A DNA stretch of 64,000 bases from Phoronis australis (Eukaryota > Animalia > Phoronida): assembly GCA_002633005.1 (NCBI GenBank), contig NMRA01000486.1, forward strand, positions 266,237-330,236, given 5' to 3'. The notes under the pieces were generated by a model that did not search any database, had not been told where the DNA came from, and saw only the letters and a list, made by a program, of their open reading frames with translations. Positions 50,021 to 62,437 of the stretch are shown piece by piece (position 1 is the first letter of the stretch; each line of letters begins with the position of its first letter). The position numbers and the translations under genes were made by a program.

Positions 50021-50919
50021 CTCATAATACTCTGTCGAACTCAGTTTTCGAGACCTACGATTCGCGGCTGGTGTAGAACAACACAACGGCGGAGACCGTA
50101 TCCACCGATGACGTCACACAAAATTATTTTTGCGTTTATTTCTTCATTAAAAGTACACAAATTGGAGAAGAAATATTTAAAATATCATACCAAAATTGTT
50201 GGTAACCGAATTCAATTATTTATGACCTTGTTGTGAAGGGTTTAAATTTAGATGCGGTGGCATAAAATCTCTGTCCTAGCTGCATGAAACTGAAATTTTT
50301 GTAAACTTAGGAAGAATGTTGATAAAAAGCCAAATATTCCCATTTAGTGAAATAATCTTTTAATATAAGTCTTCTGTGATTTTGCTTTAATATAGATTTT
50401 AAGATTTACAAGAGATTGAAAACATGGGATAATTTACTAATTCAAATTCAACTACACGTCATTTTCCACAAACTACATGTTAATTTTTGTACGAGAAAGG
50501 GTGATGGTGAATTATTTTGATTTCAAAATCTGAAGGGCATGTACCATCAACGCCTTTGTTATCTGATATACACTGAATGTGAATCATTAGGCCTTCCGAT
50601 ACTCCGGGGGTGGGGTACTCGATCCCATAGAAGAGGTATACGGGACGTGACACTAAAGCACATGAAACAAAGTTTGGAATCACTCCTGGAAAAAATATTA
50701 TGCTCTATTAAAACACACATTTCTTAATGTAAGCCTGTGAGTTCACTGGATGGCTTAAGTTCAGTCCAGGATTGTAGTTTAGGGAATCAAAAGTGGAATT
50801 TAGAAGCACAGACTTGGGTCCAGGTTCTAAATCTTTTTACTTGAAATCGAACTCGAAATTATTTTTAACAAGCTTCGTTCTTTTCCATAACATTTTCCGT
50901 TCTCTTCTATGAACACTAT

Positions 50920-51092
50920 AAGTCTGTGGTACATCATCCTATAGGATGTCTACGGTCTAACACTATAATTCTGTGCTGCATCATCGTACATGATGTCTAC
51001 GGTCTAACACTGTAACACTGTGCATCCTACATGTCTACGATCTAACACTGTAACACTGTGCTATAGAATCCTACATGATGTCTACGATCTAA
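50920..51092 (+). repeat. Degenerate minisatellite (gatgtctacggtctaacactgtaa core)
   Basis: About four tandem units. Confidence 0.7.
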
Positions 51093-52119
51093 CCCTAGGT
51101 TACACTTGATGACCCCGGCATTAAGTATATAGCGGGTTCCTATCAGAACTCCAAATTTCGAAGTCTTACTCAAAATTTCGAGTTTGTGCTCAAGTCTTTC
51201 CTGGAGTTGTACCTTGAATCTAAGGGCCATCAAGAAGTGCAGATCCTTATTATTTAGGACTACACAAATACTCAAATAAAGGATTTGTTGTTGCTATTTT
51301 ATTTTTTTCTACAAATATGTTCACTACCTTCATTTTTGACACGTTCAATTTAATAACCAGTGGGTCTGGCCATGTACATTACACAAGTAACGACATCTTC
51401 TATACACTACTGGTTGTACTAAAACATTTGCTGAGGATTCAGTTCGAAATGCTTTATCCGCTAATACCATCTTTAATAACCTTCCTGTAAGTGTTTCTCA
51501 AAAAAAAAATTACCCATTCGTTATCTTCCGCTATGAATTGTTATAACGATTGTTTTGAAAGTTATGAGCTTGAGTACACTATTCCTAACTGCTTTGTCTG
51601 ACACTATTTTCAACAAGATTTCCTGTCACTGCATTACATCTAATTTTGTCATGTTCTGATTATCTGTATCACATGATTGTATTTTTTCTTTGGTAGCTCC
51701 ATAGTCTCCATAAGCTTTAATTCGTATTAATTGTATATTTTGTCTTGAATAAAGTGTATTACTAACTACCACTACCACTAACACTACCACCATTCAAGTG
51801 ACTACCACTACTAGTACTACTCATCATAGTATAAGATGTCTGTGCTACTCATACTCGCCGCGCACAGGAAAATAGATTTGAATACAAACATAATTTCGAA
51901 TTCGATTTCGAGTTTGGAGAATATATTCACTCCATGCCATCTCCAACCCCTGACCCTAAGTAGCTACTATGACCATAGACCACGTCTTTAGTACGACCAA
52001 GTATTTTTGTGGGAATACGGAAATGAAAATACTGGTGATTGGGATAACTTTACATGTGAATGAACGCCATCTTGGAATTCCCATAAAGGAAGGGAGATTT
52101 TTGTTGAAAAATCACAAGC

Positions 52120-52158
52120 ATGACATCGACAGCAGGTTTAACGCGAAGAATAATGAAG
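52120..52158 (+). CDS. UBE2N: Ubiquitin-conjugating enzyme E2 N (Ubc13), exon 1
   Basis: MTSTAGLTRRIMK (compare MAGLPRRIIK), donor AAG|gcaagt (GC donor), in frame with ETQRL. A YY1-like cgccatctt motif lies upstream at ~52065. Confidence 0.85.
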
Positions 52159-53116
52159 GCAAGTAAATTGCCGGCTGTTAGATCATTCATTTTAGTATTG
52201 AATATTATCAAAATGAAAGTGTATCGAGTGGCACTGTCCCCAATTTTCTGTACTATACCGGCAACGCCAACGGACAGTCGAGTCAGAGTTTAGACAGCAA
52301 GTCACTTAATAGTTTTTTAAAAAAGATATGCAGATATCTCAATTGCCGAATTCATGGAAGTGTAGCAAGAAGATTTATCTGTTATTTTTATCATCAGTCA
52401 GGGAAAGATGTACTTTAACGTTTATGAGTTTTCGGTAATCAGAGTAAACTAACATTGTGTAAGAACGTCCACCAGTGACTTGTGAAGCTTGAAGAGCAAA
52501 TGGGACTGTCCCAGCTTGGAAAACTTTCACTTCACTGCTTGCCTCTTTATAGTGAGAATGTTCGTTATTTAGTATAAGCTACTGATCCTCATTACTTGAT
52601 TCTTCTCAAAATGTTTCTTTTTAGAATTTTTGATGATTTCTGTTTTCTGTATAATTCTATGTCGTCTCTCTGCAGATTGAACTGGTGAAAGTTTTATTGG
52701 TGGGTTCTGGTTCAAAATGGCTGCTGGGAACTAGTTTTCAGTGAATAATAGCCATTGCAATAATTCAGTGAAACTTGAGGCCCGTTCCAAGAAAACTGAC
52801 TTAGCTAATACAGATTTTCAGATAAAACTTAAATTTGTCCCAAGTCCGTTTCAAGAAAGAGGTCTTATGTTTGATTTAGCTTTTGTCTTAATGTTGACTA
52901 CCATACCGGATGTGGAAGTTTCGAAGTTGAGACAAATCTTAGACTGAAGTAAAAAATGAACGTAAGCCATTTTCAGGAAGGACTTATTTACTTGTCTTTT
53001 ACCTATCAGCAATACTCAGTGGTTGAATATAGCAGTCCCTGACTTAGAGAACTAGTTTCATCCCTTGAGTAACTCGGTAACGTGAATTGGGGGCCGCCGT
53101 ATTCGACCAGTGCCGG

Positions 53117-53368
53117 TAGATCCAGTTCCCTGGCTATCATGCTGAGGCAGATCCACTGTCCTGGCTATCATGCTGAGACAGATCCACTGTCCTGGCTATC
53201 GTGCTGAGGTGGATCCACTGTCCTGGCTATCGTGCTGAGGCAGATCCACTGTCCTGGCTATCATGCTGAGGCAGATCCACTGTCCTGGCTATCGTGCTGA
53301 GGCAGATCCACTGTCCTGGCTATCGTGCTGAGACAGATCCACTGTCCTGGCCATCGTGCTGAGGCAGA
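53117..53368 (+). repeat. 31-bp minisatellite (gatccactgtcctggctatcrtgctgaggca), ~8 units
   Basis: Direct tandem units. Confidence 0.92.
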
Positions 53369-53729
53369 GACCCATAGCTAACAGCCTTAATAAATAGACC
53401 GCAAGCTTTTCTACAAATTAACCTGTGCTATCAAAATCATGAAGGACACCCTTCTGTCTCGAATGAACACTCCAACAACTATAATTTTGTTTTAATAAAA
53501 TTGTTAGAGAATAATTTCATTAGTGCAGGATTGTACCTGTTAATAGAAATTACAATTGATGTAGTATTTTAGTTCAAGTTGGAAAGATTTAAATTTACTG
53601 GCAATCTCCAAAGGAGTCTCCCTGTGTACAATAGATACTTAAAAAGTGATGAGACTTTGATGGTATAGTCAGGGTGAGGTATAATTTGCTGACGGTCTTT
53701 CAGATTATGAGACTATAGGATTAATCTGG

Positions 53730-54226
53730 GGGTCTCTACCTGGGGCAGTGTATCTGGTAAAGGAGAGGTCTCTACCTGGGGCGGTGAATCTAGTATAGGA
53801 GGGGCCTCTACCTGGGGNNNNNNNNNNNNNNNNNNNNNNNNNNNNNNNNNNNNNNNNNNNNNNNNNNNNNNNNNNNNNNNNNNNNNNNNNNNNNNNNNNN
53901 NNNNNNNNNNNNNNNNNNNNNNNNNNNNNNNNNNNNNNNNNNNNNCTCTAGCTGGGGTGGTGATTCTGCTATAATAGGGGCCTCTACATGGGTGGTGAAT
54001 CTGCTATAGGAGGGGCCTCTACCTGAGGTGGTGAATCTTCTATAGGAGGGGCCTTTTCCTGGTTCAGTGAATCTGTTATAGGAGGGGCCTTTACCTGGGG
54101 TGGTGAATTAGCTGTAGGAGGGGCCTCTAGCTGGGACGGTAAATTTTCTATAGGAAGGGCCTTTACCTGGAGTGGTGAATCTGCTATAGGAGGGGCCTTT
54201 ACCTGAGGTGGTAAATCTGCTATGGG
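53730..54226 (+). repeat. 36-bp minisatellite (ctacctggggtggtgaatctgctataggaggggcct) spanning an N gap
   Basis: Direct tandem units; produces a spurious PPQVKAPPIADS ORF on the minus strand. Confidence 0.9.
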
Positions 54227-54698
54227 AAAGACACAATCGAACACCGGCCAACAGTTCATCATTTGTCGATGATAGTGGATGCTTACTATTTAAAGTAGTC
54301 CTGGAGCAGCAGTTGGAGTACTAAGCAGTGTTGAAAATGGCAAATAAATCACAATGCACAATCAAGCCAAAGCTCCTTAATTTGCAGGCTTGCGCTTTGG
54401 CAATTGAGCTTAATGCCAATTTGGTTATCACTTAAGTGTTTTCTTTCTGATGTCACTTGTCTCTCTGAGTCTCCACAGTAATCCTGCGCTTTACCCATCA
54501 AACTCGTGCTGTTTCAAGCTCTTTGTCTGCAGATAGACATGTTATTTGAGTCATTCTCACCAACAGTAAGTTTTTTTTTCATCATTTCTATCACTTAAAG
54601 AGAAAGATCAGTATTGAATCATGTTGACCCACTGCAAGAAATTCATTATTGAATGGATATAAGTTGTTCTATCCTCTGCACCACAATACTCCTCTTAA

Positions 54699-56273
54699 AG
54701 GAGAATGCCACCTGATTTAATTAGTCTTTTTTGCTGTCTTAATCGGTCTATATCAACATTGCCTCGCATACGGTCGACCTTACCTTGCCAAGAGGTGTCG
54801 CGTTAACCTGTGAGGAAGGTGAGAAACGACGCTAGCGACGTCAGTGGTTCATTTGTATAGTGAATGCCGCTATGTTGCGGTGCATCGTTCCCGCTTGTCC
54901 GAACTATGCAGCTGCGAGGACAGCGGGTATATCGTTTTTTCGACTTCCTCGAGAGTTCGAAAGGCTTAGGAAGTGGCTTGCAGTAGTGAAGAATGAAAAG
55001 TGGGCTGTAAATAGCAAGTATGAGGCCGTGAAACATCTCCGTGTCTGTGGCCTGAAGTGGTCGACAGTGCCTGACGAATGCTGACTTACGCCAAATAACT
55101 ATCCATACGTTCAGTTGTCTAAGCTTGTTCACGGCGCCTCTCTAGTATTTCTTCATCACTGTATTCCGTTTCGAAATGATAGCCTGTGAAACTTAACGAT
55201 ACACCTGCGAAGTCTTCGATGAGCTCTCATCTAAGTCGGTATTGCGAGTTGCCATGTTGCCGTTTGTTACTGAGTGTTCTGTTTCAAAATGAATTATTCT
55301 CACCCTCAACCAATACTTATATAAAACTGAAACATAGTCTGTCTCATTAGATGCAATTTGCAATGCCTTTGGATAGTTCGTGAGTGCAAATGATTTGAGA
55401 AGCCAGCAATGAATAAGTCACTGCGTTACCTGCTTTAGGTGCAATAAAACTAATTGTCGGGACACCGAGGCCATATGACCTCATGCTAATTTAGTGTTTG
55501 CTGACAGAAACTGTTGTGAAACAACTCGATTTCCATCCCACGGCCAGGTGTTAGGGGAATCTTTATTTACATTTACATTACTCAAATAATGATTGTCAAT
55601 GTAAAACTTCTGCCCTGACGGTCCTGTGGCCAAAGTGGATTAACCTGAATTCGCGGCCCCCGACGAGTAAGTAGATATAGTGCAGTTTCGTGGCTAATTC
55701 ACCACCATAATCACGTGCACATTACTTTGGCTCACTAGTATATTTTCTTGACTGGAAATATAGTTTCCAACTTTGGCTGGTTTATGTTCGTGATGTCTGA
55801 TCAGTTTCCGAGCCCTCTGGCCGGGATAACCATCAATCCGGCTGCGACGGGCCTGATTGGGCTCCGAGCCACTGGCCAGGATAACTAGCGTTTTGTGTTA
55901 GAACTAAAAAAATCACAAGTCCAAACAACACAGATCTAGGTTCTCCTGGTGTGTCCAAATACCAATAAATCTGTAACAGCGAAATAAAGCAACACGTTGT
56001 TATAAGAACTCAGTGTATTTTTAAGGGTTTTACATTGAAGTTTGATGATTTATTGGTGTTAAACGATGAATGCAAACGATAAGCTGACACTGGTAACCTG
56101 TGTTGTGAACTGTTGAACAGACCACGTGTGAAACCAATTACGTCATTGGATAATTTCATCACCTCTGTCTGCCGTCAGGTGTCAGGTAACGCAACCGTAC
56201 GTGCCATTATGGAGTAGAACTACTCGATCTAAATTGATACAAATTAGGTTGTTTTTTGGGGTGGCATGCTCCT
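54699..56273 (+). mobile_element. Kolobok-like non-autonomous DNA transposon carrying a THAP-domain remnant
   Basis: TTAA|AGGAGAATGCCACC...GGTGGCATGCTCCT|TTAA (TIRs plus TTAA TSD). Internal MLRCIVPACPN...GISFFRLP...LRKWL...LRVCGLKW is THAP-like but lacks the final His. Confidence 0.8.
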
Positions 56274-56841
56274 TTAAATAAGTGGTTTGGCTGCCAAACT
56301 GCAACAGCATCAATTTTGGGGTAATTCAAAATGCAAGTGAAAACAACCTTTGCAAATTACAACCTTGTACATAATTGGCGATTATCCTGTGTCTTGATTG
56401 CCCTGTTAGCTTTTGAAAATTATCGAAGACTTGTGCTAACTTATATGTCTGCTCAGTGAAAATTGAGATTTCTCGGAAACTAATTACTAGTTGTTGTCAA
56501 GTGAAGTGTTGAAGAGGTCAGGTGTCCTTTAACAGTTGAATGTATCTTTATTGCTTCCTCATCCCTGTCACATTGTAGATAGTGAAACTGGCGCTTTCAT
56601 TTTGTTTGCCTCAATGTTGGTGTCCAGGAGAACTTGAGCTTCTAAGAATAACTACTCGCATTAGTGTTGAAATGGATCTGACTCCACTGTTTTCCAGGAC
56701 AGAAAATTGGACAGGGATTAGTGCTAAATTCACGGACCTCAACCCGTTTGAAAGCTTGCACCTGTAGTGGGTGTTTTGTTTCTGAAGTCTGGGTACCAAA
56801 TGCATATAATAATAGAAATTACCACAGCACTCTCACAAACC

Positions 56842-57139
56842 CAGGGTGTTCCATCAAAACAGATATCCCAGAGTCGAAAACATACCCGCACGTTCAAAAC
56901 AACTAATTAGCCCGAATAACGGGAACCCCAACCTTAAGACAGGAATCCCTGGTATCGAACAGGAAACACGGACAATTTTTTTCGGTCCCCTGGTTTCCTG
57001 TCTGATTCCTGGGAACCTGTTTTAAAGGCCGTGGTTCCTGTTTTTCGAGCTTGTTAGCTGTTTTGAAGGTGCAGGAGTCCATTTTCGACTCCGGGATAAC
57101 TGATCTACACCAGGGTTCCTGTTTCGATGGAGCACCCTG
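56842..57139. mobile_element. CAGGG...CCCTG MITE with 5-bp TSD AAACC
   Basis: cagggtgttccatcaaaacag and ctgtttcgatggagcaccctg, flanked by aaacc on both sides. Confidence 0.8.
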
Positions 57140-57684
57140 AAACCTGCATGTTAGTATCAAGTGAGGTTGTGAACATTAGAAAAGTTAGCAAAATTTGTTT
57201 AGTCACATGACAAAGACTAATAAATTCTTAGATGTGATAAATAATCCCAGGTTCTTTTACCCAGAAATGAATTACTGAATACTGTTGCCACCCTAAATAA
57301 AAATTGTATGTTTGGACTTTGAGTACTGTCTGGACCGTCTGGACGCTGTTTAAACTAGGACAACTTACCCCACTTGTGTCAACTTACTCCACCTTATGGA
57401 GATGGGGTAACTTGTACTAGGATAACTTGCGCCACTTGTAATTCCTGTGTGGCCGCAAATGTGGGGCAAGGTGAAAGTGGTTATCAGCTGTGGTTACGCA
57501 CAGACGAGTTTTCTTTTACGCGCCACCGTATTCGCATTATATGTTCATGGTCAGGCACAGAGCGACAACTTCCGCCTTACCCTAGTTACCGTATATGTGT
57601 GTGTGTGTGTGTGTAGATGCCCCACTTGATAGTTGGGTAAGTTGCACTTGTGCATGTTGTTATAGGGTAGGCTGTACGCGGACG

Positions 57685-57991
57685 GTACTTTGGTTTCACC
57701 CTCTACCTGACTTGTGATAACATGAGTACCTTTGTTCTCACCCTGTGCATTTGTTATTGTGTTGGAGTCTGTACCTTTGGTCTCACCCTTTGGTCTCACC
57801 CTGTGCCTGTTTTGTGTTAGAGTCAGTACCTTTGGTCTCACCCTGTGCATTTCTTATTGTGTTGGAGTCTGTACCTTTGGTCTCACCCTTTGGTCTCACC
57901 CTGTGCCTGTCTTGTGTTAGAGTCAGTACCTTTGGTCTCACCCTGTGCCTGTCTTGTGTTAGAGTCAGTACCTTTGGTCTCACCCTGTGCC
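57685..57991 (+). repeat. ~42-bp minisatellite abutting the UBE2N exon 2 acceptor
   Basis: Units gtacctttggtctcaccctgtgcctgtcttgtgttagagtca. Confidence 0.9.
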
Positions 57992-58001
57992 TTGTTTTCA
58001 G

Positions 58002-58103
58002 GAGACCCAGCGGCTCACTTCAGAACCAGTACCAGGTATAAAAGCTACAGTAGACGATGAAAATGCCAGATATTTCAAAATATCTGTTGACGGTCCAAAG
58101 GAT
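58002..58103 (+). CDS. UBE2N: UBE2N exon 2
   Basis: ttgttttcag|, ETQRLTSEPVPGIKATVDDENARYFKISVDGPKD, |gtaagt. Confidence 0.95.
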
Positions 58104-59185
58104 GTAAGTGTTCCTCTTCCAGTCCACATGTTACTTTCATCTGCTGTTATTAACCTACACTGGTATTCATCATGCATGTCTCTGTATAATGAAGACAAAG
58201 TCTCAATTATTACTTCACGTTATGTGGACAAGTGTGGGTATTCTGCCAAAGCACAGAAAAAACTCAAGTATATATTTTGGAAAGTAGAAAAGATGTAAAA
58301 TTTGTTTCGCTTTATACCAATCTGTCATTGATTGAGTCACGTGACAGTGTCTTCTTAGTAAAATTAGCAGAAAAGAAGGGTGCAATCATAGCAAAACACC
58401 GGTATCAGTAACTTGCCCAAATCTTGCATGATGTAAACATTCCAAATGAAATTTCAAAAATGTATTCTGTTTTCTAAGTTACGATTCGTTTTTGTTTTAT
58501 GCATTTTTAAAGCTTTTTGCGTGAAAATTATGAAAGTTGGGTTTTGATACCCTTTTGTAAAAGTTTGGAGGCTAGTGCGTGAAGACAGTGTAGTTTGAAA
58601 GATTCATGTGAATCTGATTAGCCATTTCTGAGATATGATGTTCTGAAGTTGGCCAAATTTAAAAAAATTAGGATCTTTCATGGTTTAAATCCTTTGAGAA
58701 AAGGCTGAAATTGCCTTATCTTGTATTGAACCATTTCAGCATTCAGTTGCCATGAAGAAATGAATTGTGGTTAAATTGAAGAACATACTCAAATCTGGAA
58801 GGCACTGATTAGCCTTGTGGTTTTATGAAGGTGTGTTTTGACTTAAATATGCTTTGGATGTTGCTATTGACAATAAATTAACATATTATCATGGCAAGCA
58901 AAGTTTTGACGGTGGTGGTTTTGGTGTAAGTGGGCTGTTTTTTATTTTTTTATGTTGATAATTGGTGTCAAACTGTCCAATTTTGAAGGGATTGTCCAAC
59001 CGTGTTGACATTGATGGTGTTTTGACATTCTTTACTTGCTAGTAAATGTCGGAACGATCTGATCTGCACAGGATTGGTACTAAGCGAAATAAATTTCGCC
59101 AAGTATGTTGCTCTGCCATCAAGTTTTTTTTTGTTCACACTTTACATGTCGCAATTTTCGTCCGATCCGCACGAAATTTGCACTC

Positions 59186-59948
59186 TGTCACGTTTTTCCC
59201 CCCTGTGTGGGTGGGCGCAGGTTGTTACAGACCGGTGCTAATAGCTTTCGGTGCGACGATTGACTGAAGACTGGTTCGAGTTAATCCTTTATTAATCCCG
59301 ACCGTATGTTCACAAGCCTTTCTCAAACAAAACGTCCGACGTAATGTCTGTTTATGCTCCAGCCAGTGCTGCGAAGCCTTGACTTGTGATGAACTTCTGA
59401 GACACGTTCAGCAACTGTTACACTCGATTCAATAACTGCTGTCTCTATAGCTGGCTCTCTATTGACTGTCGCTGTAACTGCTGATTCTCTTCACTGCAAC
59501 TCAACTGCACATGTAGTTCTCCTGATTAACTTTCTTGAACTTACTTGATCTGACTTGATCTCCCAACTTGATCTGACTAACACAAACCCGTGCTTGTGTA
59601 TTTATAGCCTAATGCACTGTTCTGGAACTTTACATCAATTCAAGCACATTCTAGAACTTTCCTGAATCTACCCAATCATTCTACAAACATATACTATGTC
59701 TCTAGAATGTTCCAGACTGCATTAATTACTGTCATGCTAGAGTCTTCTAGAAAGTTCCACACTATACTGTAGTAAACAAATTAGATCATCACTGTTCTGA
59801 CCTCAGTCTTCTAGAAAGTTCCACACTATTTTGTAGTAAATAAATTATATCATCACTGTATTTAACTCAGGGGTCATGCCAATCAAACAGAATAACAAAA
59901 CAAAACAAAACAATAAAACTAAAAATACTGTCAGACCATATTCTGACA
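59186..59948. mobile_element. Solo LTR (763 bp) with 5-bp TSD CACTC
   Basis: CACTC|TGTCA...TGACA|CACTC; inserted into an older repeat (aaatttgcactc...aaaatggcgg); termini resemble the Gypsy LTR ends at 41192 and 46887. Confidence 0.85.
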
Positions 59949-61462
59949 CACTCGACGTGTTTTTGGTCATGATCGGATTCAAAATGGCGGACATGGCGGC
60001 CATTTTATTTCCGATTTCACATTCAAATGGTCATAGAGGCTGCATTTTTTGACGTACAGAGCTGAAACTTGGTACGATTATTATAGAACACGTGCTACAA
60101 CTGTGCCGAAAAACGTTGACTTCCGGTTAAAGATGGCGGAAATATTGACAATGGCGCATGCACACCTCGATATCTGGCCAAAAATGTTTTCTCCTGTTGA
60201 GGGCGCATTGGCAAACCAATCACTTTCAAACTGGTCACGTGTTTGTTGCTATTTATCAGCTTTTATAAAATTTTGTTTAACCGGAAATCACTTTCAACAT
60301 GGCAGCTCTTGCGCCGTTTAACCCATTTTCAATCATTCTGGTGTCGCATTTTATCGGAAAGAGCAAATGACGTGAATTTTTGCATGTGGATTCCTTGAAG
60401 TATGCTCTTTCAAAAGTTCTGCGATGTTTTTCTCAGACTTACCATTTTCAAGTTATTTGACTTTGAATTTCAAAAAAAACCCGCAAAATTTCAATTTTTT
60501 CGCGCTGTTCCTTTGTTGAGCGCTCTTACTGCATTGATGTTGGTTTAGTTTATTTGAACAAGTCTGTAGCTTATTTCTTACTAATTTGTGACATCTAAGT
60601 TCGTCGTATGAATGTTATGATGTTGTTCATCATCGCCACCTTCATCATCACAATCATCGTCGTTAATTTTGCCTATTGTCGCTCAAGACTGTAGGTAGCA
60701 CTGAACAGTCAGGCCACGGCCACGGAGCATTTTCTTGTCCCTAGAATTTATGTTGAGGGCGTGTGTCAGGTTTGGCGGGTGGGTTTGAGGAAATTGTTGA
60801 CAACAATTGCTAAGAAACTTATTTACTTGTGTTTTTGAATTAGAAAAGCCAAGTTTTACCTACTTTTGATGCAAACTGGTGGCTGTCATTTGCTATGAAC
60901 CCCTGTCGTCTGCTGTCCAAGAAAGCGGGTGCGAGTTCAGGTTGGTGTCAGACAGATCAAATTTGCCAAAAAAGTAGCTGGTAAGAGGCTTACTATGACC
61001 ACATAGTTAGAATCTAGTGAGGACGAGCATTCTGAATCTGTAGACAGACTTTTTCTAGCACTTGCAGGGAAATGGTTATTTCGGGGAGAAAACTGTCAAA
61101 TTTGGGATTTTTTGCAATTAGCTTTGTGTGCCGGGATTTTCTTGCCATGTATATTAACCGATCAGAAATCTGTACAGTTCGATAGAGTTTTAAACGGGCT
61201 TTCATAAGATATTTTTCATTTCTCGCTAGTCGTCATGATCGTCGTCGTCGCCCTCCCCATCGTCCTGTTTTCGCGTAATTTCGCCAAGTGTCGCTTCTCC
61301 GAGCGCTCTCATTATAGTGTTCTGTCATGCAGTGGAGGGATTATATTTGTCTTCTCTGTATAGCTCAATAATCTGGTCAGTATCGACCAAGTCATATTGT
61401 TATTATGATGGAAACGTGTTCTCAGCTGAACACACTCAAATCCTTCCTTCTGTGTGTTACAG

Positions 61463-61607
61463 TCTCCCTATGAAGGTGGCAAGTTTAAACTGGAATTATT
61501 TTTACCGGAAGACTATCCGATGGCGGCGCCTAAAGTCCGGTTTATGACGAAAATATATCATCCAAATGTAGATAAACTAGGCAGAATATGCTTAGACATT
61601 TTAAAAG
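61463..61607 (+). CDS. UBE2N: UBE2N exon 3 (catalytic HPN...C); gene continues beyond the window
   Basis: gtgttacag|, [49 protein letters not shown]|gtaagt. Confidence 0.97.
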
Positions 61608-62437
61608 GTAAGTCCAAGTCTTTGCAATGTTGTGAAAGTTCCTTAATGTTGCACACCAAAACCTGAACGTTGTTTTTATTGATTCTGATACACAAGTGAG
61701 AGCATTTGCTCGTTAAGAAATATAATTTAATGGTCTCTTAAACAATATGAAATTTTCAAGAGGAAGACTATACTAATTACTAATTTTTGCACAGTTCTCA
61801 TGTAGTAACTTCAACAGATCGTTTTAAGATACTGTTAAGGAATTTCACCATGATTAGTAATTTGGAATTAAAATTGTTGGTCCTATTTCTTTTGGATGCC
61901 ATGGTGATTCCAACTTCTTAAAGTTGCTATGTCTCATTAAAATCATGAATATTCAAATTTGTATCAAGCGCCACCTAGTGACATCCTGGAGAACTGTGTG
62001 TGTACAAGTACAATCTGGAAAAGAAACAAATTGTAAATACATTGCAGTTTAAATTTCTATTTTCTCTCGCACTGTGACAGCTAAAATAGTTACTGTTCCT
62101 AGCATGTATATACCCAAAATGCATGAACATTTCTTTCTACAACCGTTAATACCTCATCGATTTATTACCAAATAAGCAAAGAGGTCGCCAAACAAAAACA
62201 CATTATGACATACAAACTACAGCTTTGCTATTGGCTGGAATTTCAGTACAGAACTGTAGTATACACTGTGATGTAAAGTAACTGATTGTTTGTCTTGCTT
62301 TTGTACATATTCGCTTTTGCACATATTTGTTGCGTCTGATTACTGACTATAATCCTGATGATGATGTTGAGCAATATCGAAACTTCGAGATGAAACACAG
62401 TCTCTTCTTTTTTGAAATTCAACTTTTTGTAACCAAA

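Noticed and set aside
53117-53368. CRISPR-like regular 31-bp repeats
   Set aside because: The units are contiguous with no unique spacers, there are no cas genes, and the locus is a eukaryotic intron; it is a minisatellite.
53984-54262. Pro-rich repeat ORF (PPQVKAPPIADS)n
   Set aside because: A 36-bp minisatellite antisense within a UBE2N intron, with no splice or start context.
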